Origin: Vicugna vicugna
Lineage: Eukaryota
Reading direction: 5' to 3'
NCBI GenBank assembly: GCA_013265495.1
Contig: MU057796.1
Location: 682,001-746,000 of the forward strand
DNA length: 64,000 nucleotides
Shown here: positions 41,640 through 55,229 of the stretch, in pieces
How the letters are laid out: the number at the start of each line of letters is the position of its first letter
How positions within the stretch are numbered: position 1 is the first letter of the stretch
Position numbers and translations under genes: made by a program
Notes under the pieces: model-generated
The model's input: only the letters and a program-made list of their open reading frames with translations
What the model was told of the DNA's origin: nothing
The model's database searches: none

Positions 41640-41900
41640 AAAACATTTTTGCATAACCTCCATATACCCATCACCCAGCCCAGCAACCATCAACCCACAG
41701 CCAACCCATGACCCCATCCAAACTCCCATCCACTTCCCTCCATCCAGTATGACTTGAAAGCAAATCCTTTATATCATTCATATGCATTTACGTATGAATC
41801 TCTAAAAGGAATGACTTTTTTTTAAAAAATGCAATATTGTATCTAAAGCATTCCTTAATATTATTAAATATCCAGTGTTCAAATTTCCAATTGTCTAATT
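41640..41900 (-). mobile_element. L1MC-like 3' UTR fragment
   Basis: 'catataccccatcacccagc...ttgaaagcaaatcc...ttccttaatattattaaatatccagtgttcaaatttcc'. Confidence 0.55.
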
Positions 41901-42426
41901 GCCATAAGTGGAAGTTTTTTTTAAAGCATTAAAAGCATTTAGGATCCATTTCTTAAAAATAAGAGAAGACATTATCCAAAAAAATTTTTAATGTCTAAAT
42001 GCCAGGCATATATGACACAGAACCAAACAGAACTTCAGTAATTAGAGAATAAATATACTCACTACAACAGAAGCCCCCTGAATATCCAGACTTGAGGCTA
42101 CTGTGTTGACTTCTTTGACATAAAATATTTGTCTCAATTATGTCTCTGATGTCATGAGCTAGAACATCAAGGTATTCTGACTATGTGTACCGTGTCCACG
42201 ACTGAATTTCAGCCAGAAGCCCACCCAGTGCATGAAATGTGGAGTGTACCCAACACTAATTTGTTATTTTATTTGAAATGACCGCACTGTCTTGCACTAA
42301 GCATTCTTGCCTCGTTAACAAGCATCAGTCTGATGTGGAAATGCCTATTTTCCATTAAATAAATAAATAAACCAAAACCGAGTAGAACATTTGTTTCCAG
42401 TTTGTCTGGTGACGTTGCTCACGGGC

Positions 42427-42978
42427 TGTACTAGTCCTGTTGCTGCAAAGCAAATTACTAAAAACATACTGGGTTTTGTCAACACCCATTTGTTACCTCC
42501 CCTTGGGCGGGTTAGAAGTCTGGGATGACGTGACGGGGTTCTCTGCTTAGAGTCTCACAAGGCTGAAATCAAGATGTCAGGAGACTGGTCCATTATCTGA
42601 AGGGTTTAGAAGAATCCACTTCCAAATTCATCCAGGTTGTTGGCAGAATCCAGTTCCTTTGCAGTTGTAGGACTGAGAGTCCCATTTCCTTGTTCGCCGT
42701 CATCTGGGAAACACGGTTAGCTCCTGGAGGTCACCAGCATTCTTCAAAACTAGCAATGATGCATCAGATGTCCTCAAGCTTGGGATCTCTCATTTCCTTT
42801 CTCCCACCAGCCAGGTAAAACTCTGCTTCTAAAAAGCATGTGAGATTAGATAATGCCTCCCCAGATCATCTCCCTTTTGCCATACAACATAATATAATCA
42901 TGGGAGTGGTATCTCAGAAGTGGGGGAATTACACAAAAGTGAGGGCCTTTGGGATCATTATTAGAATCTGCCTATCAC
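42427..42978 (-). mobile_element. MaLR solo LTR (MLT1E-like)
   Basis: 'gtctcacaaggctgaaatcaagatgtcag', 'ggttgttggcagaatccagttcctttgcagttgtaggactgag', ending 'ctgcctatcaca'. Confidence 0.82.
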
Positions 42979-44739
42979 ATATGTCAAGTGTATGACTTAG
43001 TAGCTATGCTTTATTTTTTTTAAAAAAAGGATTGAGCATGAATTTATTAATTTAACAAACATTTGTGACACTGCAACAATATACTGGGTACCGTTGTTAC
43101 AAAAATGATCATGGCCCCTTCCCTCAAGGAGATTAACTTCTGAATAAATCTGTACTGTGATGAGTGCAGTAACAGAGACTCCAAAAGGAGCGGTGGTGGC
43201 AAAAAGGAGGAAGAGGTGGATCTGAATAGTGATGTAGGATCGAGGTGGGGAGAAGAACAAGATAAGATCTATGCAAAATACGAGATCCCAGAGGGCTTTG
43301 CATGTCATGCTTAGGGATTTTTACTTTATTCGGTAGTTGAAAAGCAGTCATTGGTAGTTATTAAGCAACAGAATAATGTGAGATTCCTCCCCCAATATTT
43401 GACACTCAGCTTATGAAATTATCACTAGCAATAAATAGTATAATACCAGCTACATCATATGCAAACTGACTCACTATTATCATTGCTGCATTTGGGATAA
43501 GTGAATTCTAATGACCCAGTGGCCAAAAATGTTAGGGCAATTTTCAAAGGAGCCTAATTTATAACCAGATTGGTGCCTAAACATGGAGAAAATCAGACTC
43601 AGCCTGGCATCTCCTCCATCAGTGTTCTGTGACAAATGTCTAGTTTGCCATAATCTACTGCGTCATACTTCCAAAACTCCATGACTTTCCCTCCCGCCCT
43701 CTGCCAGGCTTTCAACTACTTACAAAAAAGTTTTCTTTTATAGACTGGAATTAAAGCTTTGCACACATTAAAAAAAAAACTGCACATTTTATACCTGCTG
43801 TTGCTTCCTGAGAAAAGGTTACAGGAACCTCAAGTAAATTTTAATGAGTTAGATTCTTAGGTCTCAGAAGTGATTTATGTGGGGGAGCATTTGAGAGTTT
43901 GTAGTAAGTGCATGGTTGACATGAATTACCAAGTACGTGTACGTCTCGTCACAATATCGTCCTTTTATTTTAAAGAGTAACCAAGTTACAGGAACAGAAT
44001 AATTTTTAAATGTCACTGTTGAATCTCTGCTAACAATAAAGAACTAAATATTTAGAAATCAAATTCCTGCTTCCTCAAATTGACTCATCATTAAATTTCT
44101 TCTAGCTGGTGACATACATTGTTCAAAAAAATAAAAGTGGGGAAGGGACTATTTCCTGATTACAATGAGGAGAAGAAAATTAAGCAACTCCCTTCCCATT
44201 ATCTTCTGTACTTGCACATCTCTCCTTGTCTCCCTCATGTTACCAGACGTGTGTATGACTCATGAGATTCGATTTGAAGTTTCAGCTCAACTATTCGTTC
44301 CCCAGGATGGAGTTTTCTGTCAAAATCCATGGCAGAGAAAGAAAGGAGCCTGAGCACTCAAGCTTCCTGACTTACAAGAAGACAGGTGGATATTTTTAAG
44401 TAGGAAAGATCAAAAATCAAAGTATTAGTAAAAATTTAAAGAAGCATAATGTTATCTTTCTTGTAGATATTATTTCAGAAATTCAGATAGCTAGAAGGTA
44501 ATAAGAAATACTAGGGTTTCTAAAAATTAATTTCTGAAATCTGAATTCCTCAAAACCATTTTATTTTATTCAACCAAAAACTATTTTCTGAGCACTTATG
44601 TGCCAGTATTATACTAGGCATGGGAAATACAACAGAGAATGAGCCATTTTGTCAGATTCTACTTTAGAAGAGAGTGTTAGGAGTCCTTTCCAACCTTCAA
44701 ATACCAAATTACCATGTGAAGGTTTTTTTGCATTTTTAA

Positions 44740-45330
44740 ATTTTTCTTCATTTTGTTTCAGTTTTATTGAGATATAACTGACATACCGTATTGTGAAAGT
44801 ATAAGGTGTATAATGTGTTGATCTGATGCACTTACATATTGCAAAATGATTACCACCATAGCATTAGTTAATACCTTTATTGTATCACATAAGTGTTGTT
44901 TCTTCTTTTGTGGTGAGAACACTTAAGATTTACTGTCTTAACATTCACACATATAATACAGTGCTATTAACTATAACCACCAGGCTGTACTTTAGACCCC
45001 CAGAATTTATTCATCTTCTAGCTCGAGGTTTGTATCCTTTCACGAGCATCTCCCATTTCTCCCACCCCCAACCCATGGTAACCACCATTCTACTCTCTCT
45101 GTGATTTCAGCTTTTTTAGATTTCACATATAAGTGAGATCGTACAGTATTTGTCTTTCTAACATATTTCATTCAACATAATACCCTCGTTTCATCCATGT
45201 AGTAGAAAAAGGCAAGATTTCCTTCTTTATCATGGCAAAATATTTTTCTATTGTGTAAGTATGTATACCACATCTTCTTTCTCCATTCATCTGTTGGATG
45301 GATCATCATCTTGGCTCTTGTGAATAAAAT
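44740..45330 (-). mobile_element. L1MA-like 3' UTR
   Basis: 'ttttattgagatataactgacata', 'gtggtgagaacacttaagatttact', 'tttagatttcacatataagtgagatc'. Confidence 0.85.
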
Positions 45331-45949
45331 GATATTCCCAACCACATGCTGTATCTTCCTCCTCTGAGGACTCAGATTTATTTTTCCCTTCCTTAGAGCC
45401 CTTAACCCATTCTTCTTTGTACTCAAATTGTTTATGCAATTGTCCTTTCAATCACCAACACAGTTCACTATACTCTTCTATGTCCCAACATATCTTTGTA
45501 TGAGCTGTAAATCTCCTGAACCAAGGACTCCATTTTTCTTACTTCTGCAGTCCTCCGCACAAAGTTTCTGGAGTCTTGGAAAATCAGCAAATAATAATTT
45601 TCAAGAATAAAATTCAGTTCATTTAATCAACCAACAAAGTCCAAATTCAGAAAGTTTAGCGCAAACTAGAACACTAGCTTTTCGCTGGAGGCCCGCTGAC
45701 TGACAAATAATTTTTCCTCTTGCTGCCAAGAGCTATGGAAGGTGAATTATCAGTGATTTTCCTGGAGTTAGCTACCTAATCTCACACTTTACATGTGATA
45801 TAGACATATTGAAAATAACGATATAATTCTCATTCTGAACGAATTCTACTATTCCCACACCCATTCCTTGAAATCATAGAATCTTTGTTGCATCAGCAAA
45901 TGTTTTAAGAATGTATCCTCTTAACTTAATTCCCCTAATATGAATCATT

Positions 45950-46515
45950 ATTCCAGTATCATATTACTTCAATTACTTTAGCTTTCTAATGCATTTTAAA
46001 ATCAGGAAATGTGATTCTTCCAGCTCTGTTCTTCTTTCTCAAGATTGCTTTGGTTATTCAGTGTCTTTTGTGGTTCCATGTCAATTTTAGAATTTTTTTC
46101 TGTTTCTGTAAAAAATGCCATTGAGATTTTGATAGGGATTGCATTGAATCTGTAGATCTCTCTAGGTAATATGGACATTTTGATGATATTAAGTGTTCCA
46201 ATCCATACCATGGGATGTCTTTCCATTTATTTGCCTGTCATAGAAAGCAAACACTGCATGATTCCACTGATATGGAGTATCTAAAATAGTCAAACTCAGT
46301 AACAAAGAGTAGAATTGTGGTTGCCAGGGTCTGAGGGGAGAGGAAAATGAAGAGGTGCTATTTCATGGATATAAAGTCCCAGTTATACAAGATGAATAGC
46401 TTCTATGGATCTGCTGTTCAACACTGTGCCTATAGATAACAATAGCATGTTGTGCACTTCAAAATCTGTTGAGAGTAGATCTCATGTTATATTCTTACTA
46501 CATTTTTTGTAAAAA
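45950..46515. mobile_element. L1 with an inverted ORF2 segment (minus, about 45950-46232) joined to a sense 3' UTR (about 46236-46515)
   Basis: ORF 46002..46226 ([21 protein letters not shown]) on the minus strand, then plus-strand 'aaacactgcatgattccact...gagagtagatctcatgtta'. Confidence 0.75.
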
Positions 46516-47004
46516 GGAAGCAAGATTGACTTGAACGACTTACATAGGAAAGGGCATTGAAAGAATAAAATAGATCTGGAATATGGAGGGAAAAGAGAGA
46601 AGAAGATGGTTGTGAGAGGCGGTTTAGGTAATCTGGAACAAGGAAGGATAAAGTTTTTAGTATCAGATGTGGCATACATGTATGTGTTGGGGGAAGGGAA
46701 ATTTTTAAAAATGTGTGCTACGTATGCCACTATAAACATTAAAATGTATTTTCAAATTTTTGGAGAATTTTATACTTTCATTTATTTGAATGAAAACCAA
46801 TAGGCGATTCAGTTTTATATGAATAATGTGTTTACATAATTCTTGACACCTGTGGGATTTCTGCCCAGCCATAATCATTCCCCTCTTTTTCCAGGCCTAT
46901 GGAGGATTAGAACCTGTTCACATTCCCATGACACAAAGAACAGTATATATTACAAGCTCTCCCAGGAGGTCTGTGTCTCCTATTTTCTGTTATAATATAG
47001 TCTG

Positions 47005-47153
47005 GGGTGGGGAGGGTGTAGCTCAGCGGTAGAGTGCATGCTTAATATGCAGGGGTCCTGAGTTTGATCCCCAGCACCTCTGTTAAATAAAAAGTAATAA
47101 ATAAATAAACCTAATTACCTCCCCCACAAAACAAAACAAACAAACCAAAACAA
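47005..47153 (+). mobile_element. tRNA-Ala-derived SINE (vic-1-like) with TSD
   Basis: 'ggggagggtgtagctcagcggtagagtgcatgctta...gagtttgatccccagcacctc' with an A-rich tail; TSD aatatag(t/c)ctg at 46994-47004 and 47154-47164. Confidence 0.88.
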
Positions 47154-47169
47154 AATATAGCCTGAAAAA

Positions 47170-49630
47170 TAGCATCCCACAGAACATCACATTGACCCAC
47201 TGTATTGAATGATATCAGGCAAACATTCCAGGTAGCAAGAGATGGCTGGCATGCTGGAGACTTCGTAAGACACGTATACTCCAGAAAGTGAGGTATAAAC
47301 CCTGCACATCTCAGGGACCTGCCACATCAGCAAAATATTTAGGGGTTCAGTGGCCTGGAGCCTGCCGGAATAGCACATCCACAATAAAGTATGATTTATT
47401 ACATCTTGTAATTCTCACCAAGAAGAAGGAAGCACAAAGCCTAGTAGGCATCTTTGGAGCCTAGAAACAGCATATTCTGCAGCTGGTATATTTTTCAACC
47501 TACATACTGGGAGACAAAAGGCTCAGTGTAAGACAGGGCTCTATAAAAGATCCAGGCTTAGCGCCAACACCTCTGTAGCATGGGCTTGGAATCCCATTGG
47601 ACCCTGCAGTACAAAAAAAAAATCAATATTAGTAAAAAGTTGCCGAGTGGTTTTTGAGACAAGCCCCAATGAGAGAATCACAATGCAGAGCCGCACAGTT
47701 TTAGAGAAAGGCCATTCCATCTTCAAATACTGGGACCTGGTAAAGATACTGTGTCTGACAAAAGGTTATGAGAGATCATATGTCCACAACTGCAAATCTT
47801 CAGGAGTTGCTTTTAGGTGGAAAAAGTCCCAATGTGAGTCATACCCAGTAACAATCCAATACAATAGCAGTGGTATGTCTGGAGTCAAACCAGCATAAGA
47901 CAAGAAGCATGAGCAAGCTCCATGAGCAGACAGCCCAGACCTCCATCTCATCACCACTGTGGTACTAGTATCTGTCTCTTAGCTCACACTGAGGGATGGA
48001 TTCCTTATGACCAGGCAATAGGGGAGGAAAACCTCAAGCTTGATTCACGGATTGTCATCCTGGAATATGGGTGCAAGTTGAAAATGGATGACTCCTCTCA
48101 ATATAATTCCACTCAAATATTGCCTTGGAAAACAGTGGAGAGGAAAACATCCTCCTGGGGGCAGAGCTTTAGGAAATGTATCTGTTTGTTCATTTTATGT
48201 ACAGAGATTAGTGACTTGGGGTTAGAATATATACAGATAGACTCATGAGCAGTGCAAATAACTTGATTGACTGTTCAGGGACCTGGAAAAGGAAGATTGG
48301 AAGATTGGATACAAGGAGGTCTGGCATAGAGGCATGAGGATGGTAGGCAAAAATAGACATGAAGTGTGAAGACATTCATTTTAATGTCCATCAGAGAACA
48401 TCCACCATGGATGAGGCACTAAACAATCAAGTAGAAAAAATTACTCAACCAGATGGCATCAGCCAACTCTGACATCAGCTATCCCACTGCTGGCACAGTG
48501 GACACATGGCCATAGTACCAGGGATGGAGGATATTCATGGAGTAGACATGGACTCCACTTACAAAACATAATCTAGCTTCTGTTGCTACCAAATGTCTGA
48601 CCTTCTAGCAAGAAACTAACTTTGAGCCCCTGATATGGCACCATCTCTTGACCACTTCCTGCCATGATGATCGCAATATATTCCTTCAACCCTGGAAAGG
48701 ACTAGAATCTATTCTGGTAGAAACAGGCACAGCCAGCACCAAGGGCTTATGGATTCTTGATCTACCAGCACACGATCCCATGTAACATGTCAGACCACTG
48801 GTCCCACCTTACAGCAAAATAGATATGATAGTAAGTTCATGACTACAGGATCCACTCAACATATATTGCATCTTTCAGAAGCTACTGTCCTGATAAAGCC
48901 TTGGAATGACTTATTAAAGGCACAACTGAATTGCCAGATCAGAGGTAACAGTTTACAAAGACAGGGCGCCATTTAAAAGGATACAGCATAAATATTAAAT
49001 CAAAGACCTTTGTAGAGTCCTATGACCCCAACTGGAAGAATTCATGGGTTGAGTGACCAAGGTGAGGATGCTGGAGTGGCCCCATTTACCATCATTCTCA
49101 GTAGAAGATTCATTTAGAGAATTGGTGTTCCCATCCTTGCAAATTTAAATTCTGCAGGTGTACTGATCCTGATTCTCAAAGAGAGACAAGTTACCCCCAA
49201 ATTACAGTCCTATTAATATCTGAGCCGAGAATGATATTTGGCACTTTGGTCTTCTTGTGTCAAGAGACCATCAAGAAAGAAGAGAAATCACTATCCTGAC
49301 AAGGGTAATTGAGCCTCACTTGAGAATATAGGGCTGTTTTTACATCATGGGGGCTGGAAAGAATATATTTCATGCCCAGGCGATTCATCTGGCCACTTGG
49401 TACTCCCATCCTAAATTTTGATGATACACAAAAAGTGTAGCACGGCTAACCTGAGATGGGCATGATGACCAGAGGGAGTTAGAGCCCTCAAGGATAAGAG
49501 TCTGAGTCATGCCACTAGGTAAGACCCTGATACCAACAGAGGGATTAGCTGAGGGTAAGGAAAATCTGCAATGCAGAGTGGAGGATGGAGAGGACGAGTG
49601 TCAGTTTGCAGTTTGGAGGCCAGATACTGG
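47170..49630 (+). mobile_element. ERVL internal relic: pol (RT C-terminal part to integrase) and dUTPase-like segment
   Basis: Broken-frame motifs: HYIDDI-like at about 47198, QGPATS.K.LGVQW at about 47314-47355, HPEA..LI..WN.LLK.QL at about 48870-48930, LNQRP...RIHG...QG at about 48993-49065, GHFGLL and VI at about 49240-49310. Confidence 0.75.
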
Positions 49631-49934
49631 AGTGGCATGACTTTTCAGGCACCTCTACTTCGTTTAATGTAAGTCGTTAGTTTTTCCAAGCATCATACTA
49701 GTAGCATGTGAGAATTATCTTCCAAATAAGCTGCCAGAGCGTTAAATGTTGTTTGACAAGATCCCTTATTTAGCTCTGTCTCCCTTCCCATGTGATCTAA
49801 CACCCTCAAGACCTAACGCCATGTTCATATTCTGATTCCCACCCTTCCGTGTTGTCCGGGTTCTGCAGCTTCTTTGCTGAATGAATCCCTCTCTTTCCCT
49901 AAGCAAGCCCCAAAATTCCTCAGTTGGGTTATAT

Positions 49935-50410
49935 AAAAGCCATCATGAAGAGGCACCCACTGGCCAAACTGGAGGCATTGTGAGCATCCAAATAATGATA
50001 TTAACAGAACATATTGAATAAAGTAATTCTATGATGTAAATAAATACGAAAATAAATAAAAGACTGCATAGCAAACAATAAAATATTCATTCATTCATTC
50101 ATGAGAAATGGGATATTTACACAGTTCCCCACTACAAAATACTCATTAATGACAAAAAGGAAAATAGTAACTCTACAGTATAGAAGCCTGGAAGTCACTA
50201 CTTTGATGAATCTGTTGACCAAAGTGAACATCGTTAGTAATGGGATAAACTGAAATCACATGCCACCTGACAGGATGCAATGAAAAGAACGCAACACCGC
50301 TACCAAAGACGTGTGATCTGAATCTCACCATGAAGAGATATGAAACAAACTCAAATTAGTGGTATTGTACAATATAACTGTCCTGTAATTCCGAAAGTCT
50401 CATGGCCATT
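49935..50410 (+). mobile_element. L1MC/MD-like 3' UTR
   Basis: 'agtaactctacagtatagaagcctggaa', 'gaccaaagtgaacatcgttagtaatggga', 'gaatctcaccatgaag'. Confidence 0.65.
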
Positions 50411-50811
50411 GTCATCAACTGAATTGCATCCACTCAAAATCCATGTGAATTTTGGGTGGAAGCCCTAACCTGTAGTGTGACTGTATTTGGAGACAGGCTT
50501 TTAAGGAGGTAAATAAGGCTAACTGATATCTTAAGGATGGGACCCTAATCTCACAGGTCTGGTGCCCTGGTAAGAAGAGGTATTTCCCTCTCTTTGTCTC
50601 TTCATGTGTGTGCACAGAGGAACGGCCATGAGGGGACACAACAAGAAGTTAGCCATCCACAAGTCAGGGAGAGGGGTCTCACCAGAAGCCAACTCTGACA
50701 TCACCCTGATCCTGGACCTCTAGGCTCCAGAGCTCTGAGAAAATACATTTATTTTGTTTAAGCTACCCAGTCAGTGGTATTTTGTTTGGCAGCCCCAGGA
50801 GACCAAGACAG
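50410..50811 (+). mobile_element. MaLR solo LTR (MLT1B-like)
   Basis: 'gtgtgactgtatttggagacaggcttttaaggaggtaa', 'ccctgatcctggacctctaggctccagag', 'gtggtattttgtttggcagccc'. Confidence 0.82.
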
Positions 50812-50944
50812 CATGAAAGCCAGGAAGATTAAAAAACTGGCATTGCCTTTCTAATATGTATACATGAATCTTCAGCAAAATAATTTTTTAATTATATCTG
50901 CTATATTATTTGCCTCAAGTGTCTTCTTTATAAATTTTGTAAGG

Positions 50945-51472
50945 AACATGTGGTTAACTCCTCAAAATCCAGTTTCATCCTTCCACCATTATGCAGCAGC
51001 AAAATGGCTGAGTAAATTAGCCTGAGCTCCAGGAATGGTTTCTGGGTAGTAAAATGCAATCATTGCAATCACATCACTCTTTTTATGGACTGGTTTCTAA
51101 CTTTCAGCTTAAACTACTCACAGCTTGGCAATCCCCTGGCACCAGAGTTGTATTTATTAACTAAATTGGCCAAAGTAAGGAAAACACTTGATCAAAGGTT
51201 GAGGGAATATCTCTTAATTCCACTGGACATGAATGAGGAAGTAGCCGTCATCCCAAAACTCCAAGTGGGACCAGCCTTAAAATGAAGCATATACTGTGTA
51301 TACTAGAGCAGAGGAGTTGTAGGAACATAGGTCCTTGACGACGTTGTTGAACCACTGAATTAACCAATTAACATTTATCCTAGTTTCCTAGTGATGTGAA
51401 CTATTTTCACTAACGGTCTAAGTCTCTTTGAATTTTCTATAGCATACAGATGAAAGCATTTTAATTGATGCA
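50945..51472 (+). mobile_element. Old MaLR LTR (MLT1J/K-like)
   Basis: 'gggaccagcc...aatgaagc', 'aggtccttgacgacgttgttgaaccactgaattaacc'. Confidence 0.5.
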
Positions 51473-53602
51473 GTAACCAATTAATTATTTTTCAGCAATT
51501 ACATAATGAATACCTACAATGACCCAGACACTCTACTACACACAGTGAACAAAGCAGAAAAAAGTCTTCCCCTAATAGAGCTTATTCTTTGTTTTGTTTC
51601 TCCATCCTCTGTCTACCTTATCTATTATTACTTTATGTGTTGCTTTAATCTTTCACATGCATTCTGGAAGATTTCACAAGTCTGTCCACTTCAGTGCCAA
51701 ACTGATTTTCTACACAACTAATTATGTTCTTCATTGGCTCCATTACAGATCTTCCTTTATCTTCTACGCTTTTACTTTCTCACAATCTTCTCCCCATGTG
51801 TATCCATTTTGTAACATCCATTTCTATTTCTTCCTTACCTATCAACAATGTATCTCATATTTTCCATCCTTAGTTTTTCCAGATGAAGAGAATTTCATCT
51901 TTATGCTACTAAGGATGTAGACAATGTCCTGAAATTTACTTTCTAAAGCATTTTCCACTGGAAGCATATTGTCATCCTTGTAACTTCAACGGTTTTCTAT
52001 GATTTTTAACAACAAAAAAATTAAATTCTTAATTTCTTTCAATTTTTTAAGTTATATAAACTTCAATTGTTACATATAATACATGTTATACATAATATAT
52101 AATCACTTTGCATACATTTCTGTGTAAAACAATTATAAGCAACAAATTTTTCAATGAATAAAAGCATACTTTCTACTATTAAGGAAAACAAAGTCTCAAA
52201 GAAAATAAGCCCACCCTTGTTTAAAAAATCATTATTCACTTTCCTGATATAAAGAAAAAAGGGCAAATGTAAAAACTTATGATTTCTCAGAGAATAGATT
52301 AGGACCTACAATGAAATTTTGAAAGAACATAATGACAGATGGGAACTGAATATTAACAGATTATGTCTGAGATATGCTGTCATTCTCTTTTGTGCCTGGA
52401 AAAATTATATTCCCCACTCCTCACTTACCACCAGAAGAAGTGCCAGATCTGAAAACCAAAGAGATCGTCCCCGATCATTTTAAACCCTAATAAAGACAGA
52501 ATCACAATATGGTAGGATAATTCATGGAGAGGATCAGCTACATATCATCTATTATCACAATTCAATACATGTAATATTTGTACTATTATTCTATTCTATG
52601 CTCTGCCTTTGTCCTCTAAACTTCTTCACTTACTATACTACAGAGCAACTATAGTTGTTAAAATGTAATCATTTCACTCCCCATAGTGTAATAAAAAAGA
52701 ACATATAAGTTAGAGGGATCTGGCCTACTCTGGGTCCCAATACTTATCTTAGTATAACTTTCGAAAATTTGTCTTAATTATGAAATAAGGAGTGTTACAG
52801 AGTTGTATATTAAGAATCAATAGAAGTAAATCTGAAAATAAATTTGAAGATATGACTTTGAACCATAGAAATACACTAATAAGTGAGTATTACATATTAA
52901 AATTTACAGTGAAGGAGAATTACTTTAAGAACTTTTCTTGCTTTATTAATAAAATAAGATGAAATGTGTCCAGCATATTGATAATTGCATCATTTCACAA
53001 AGAGTCCCTAACTTGGATTTCTGCTCCCAAATAAATTGTACTTTGTCCATGCTGAACTGAATTTTCCATCTGCTGACCTGCTCATCTAATTGATACAAAT
53101 GATTTTAAATACGTTTGTTTCATTCCTTGATATTTGTGTTGTCTACATTTTTAGTATTGGTAAAGAACTGTATCATTTTCAATTACTTGCTCTCAGATCA
53201 TTTCGTATCAAAAAGGCAGGACTAATTAGCTTAGAAGAGCTAGCTGTCCCTGAAACCACTGAGCAGAATCAGAAGAAGCCTCAGAGAAATTTCCCTGTCA
53301 GTGAGTTCCAACTTCTTATTACTATCTTTTGTGATCATGCTGTGACTTTGACAACCATCCTTGAGAAAACAGCTTTGCCAGTTTACATAAAGAACCAAAA
53401 GCAGAACTAGGAAATGGAAGAAGCCCGGTGTGATCTGCTTTTCATTCTCTTTATACCAGTGAATGAGCAGTCACCCATTCCATTCCAAGCTGACCCTGTG
53501 TGACTTGCTGCAACATGAAGGGATCTCCACAGTGCTGTTATTTCTGGGAGCACTTAACTACAAAGAGCTCTCTTGACAGAGCTATGAAAAATTATAAAAT
53601 TA

Positions 53603-53930
53603 TTTGTGGTCTTGTCATATATGACCTTTATTATGTTGAGATATGCCCCTTCTATGCTAATGTGTTAAGAATTTTTATCATAAATGAATGTTGAATTTTC
53701 TCATATGCTTTTCCTCCATCTATTGATGTGATCAGATGATTCTCTTTTTATTCTATTAATGTGATGGATCACATTGATTGATTTGTATATGTCAAACCAT
53801 CCTTGCACCCCAGGGATAAATCTCACTTGCTCATAGTGAATGATTCTTCTAATGTGCTTCAGAATTCTGTTGGCTAGTATTTTAATGAGCATTCTTGCAT
53901 CTGTATTCATCAGGGATATTGGCCTCTAGT
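53603..53930 (-). mobile_element. L1 ORF2 RT fragment
   Basis: ORF 53701..53910 ([16 protein letters not shown]...[23 protein letters not shown]). Confidence 0.88.
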
Positions 53931-54165
53931 TTTTTTTATAAAAGGAGAACTTGTGATAATCTATAATTATAATGCATACATAGGTCCTACATATATCAGA
54001 ATACATAGCTAACTATTACATTTGGTTAATTGCTCTGTAAACAAAATAGCACACATATGTTCTGTAATTTCTCTAAGTATGTTACATATTAGAAGAATCC
54101 AGTCAAGTTTATTCCACAACATAATTTTAACAATATAAAAAAACTTTTTAAGAAATCATAAAATA

Positions 54166-54322
54166 AGGGAAATATACACAAAATGTTATGATAACTCACA
54201 GAGAAAAAAATGTGACAATGAGTGTGTATATGTCCATGAATGACAGAAAAATTGTGCTGAACACTGGAATTTGACACAACATTGTAAAATGATTATAAAT
54301 CAATAAAAAATGTTAAAAAAAA
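54166..54322 (+). mobile_element. Short young L1 3' end with 16-bp TSD
   Basis: AATAAA plus poly-A; TSD aagaaa(t/c)cataaaata at 54150-54165 and 54323-54338; tttt/aa endonuclease site at the left. Confidence 0.85.
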
Positions 54323-55229
54323 AAGAAACCATAAAATAGAAAGTTTCTTAGGGTATAATAGCAATGACAGAATTCTCTAGAAAAGGGAAGATGCTACTAC
54401 GTGCAACTATTCTAAAATGCTTTGTTTTGTTTTCCACAAAATTCAAACTATAATACAATGGCACCATCTGTTGATGAAATAGCAGAATTGAAATCCTAAA
54501 ATTACAAACAACATTATATCCAATATTTCTTGGAATTATAAATCAAGGTATAAAACATACAGGATTTATCACTGATTAGATGACATCTATAAGTGAGATG
54601 GTTAAGTGGTAACTGATTTGCTTACATAAATTGCTTCTTTGACTCGGGCATTCCATGGAATGGCACAGTATTTTCTTCAAGGGCTAATCATTGTTTGAAC
54701 AAAAGAAGACCCAAAAGAAGACCAATACGCCAGTGAGTTGGATAGTCCCCAAGTGTCCTGGAGGAAGGTGTATGTGTGTTGGGGGTTGGGATTTGCTTTC
54801 AAAATTCTTGAGTTTTAAGGCATCAAATAGAAAGAGGATAACTTGAACTTGTGTGATGTCACTAGTTGAAATGGAGACTTTCAAATGGCTATCCCTTTAG
54901 TGAAAGTGTAAAATAAAAAGAAAATATGCCCACCACTCAAAACAAACAAACAAACAAACAAACAAAATGACAAGGAAGCTTGATTGTCTTGACACAGGAT
55001 CTAGATGGAGCGATAAAAAGTCAGATTTGAGAATTTGTGATGATGGGTTTTCCTCACCCAGGCTGAAGTTCTTATTTCTGCTATCTCTGTGGTCCAGGAA
55101 TGTTTCAGCTCAAAAAGCAACATAAAATTGGTCTATGGTTGCACAATACCCCAAATTCAAAATCTCCTTGACGGACAAATACTCAATCTAGATAATACAG
55201 CCATACAAGATTCCCACAAATAAAACTTA

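Noticed and set aside
54700..54724. Tandem 12-mer (aaaagaagacc) duplication; similar short repeat at about 26224-26258
   Set aside because: Simple slippage duplications with no array structure and nothing CRISPR-like.
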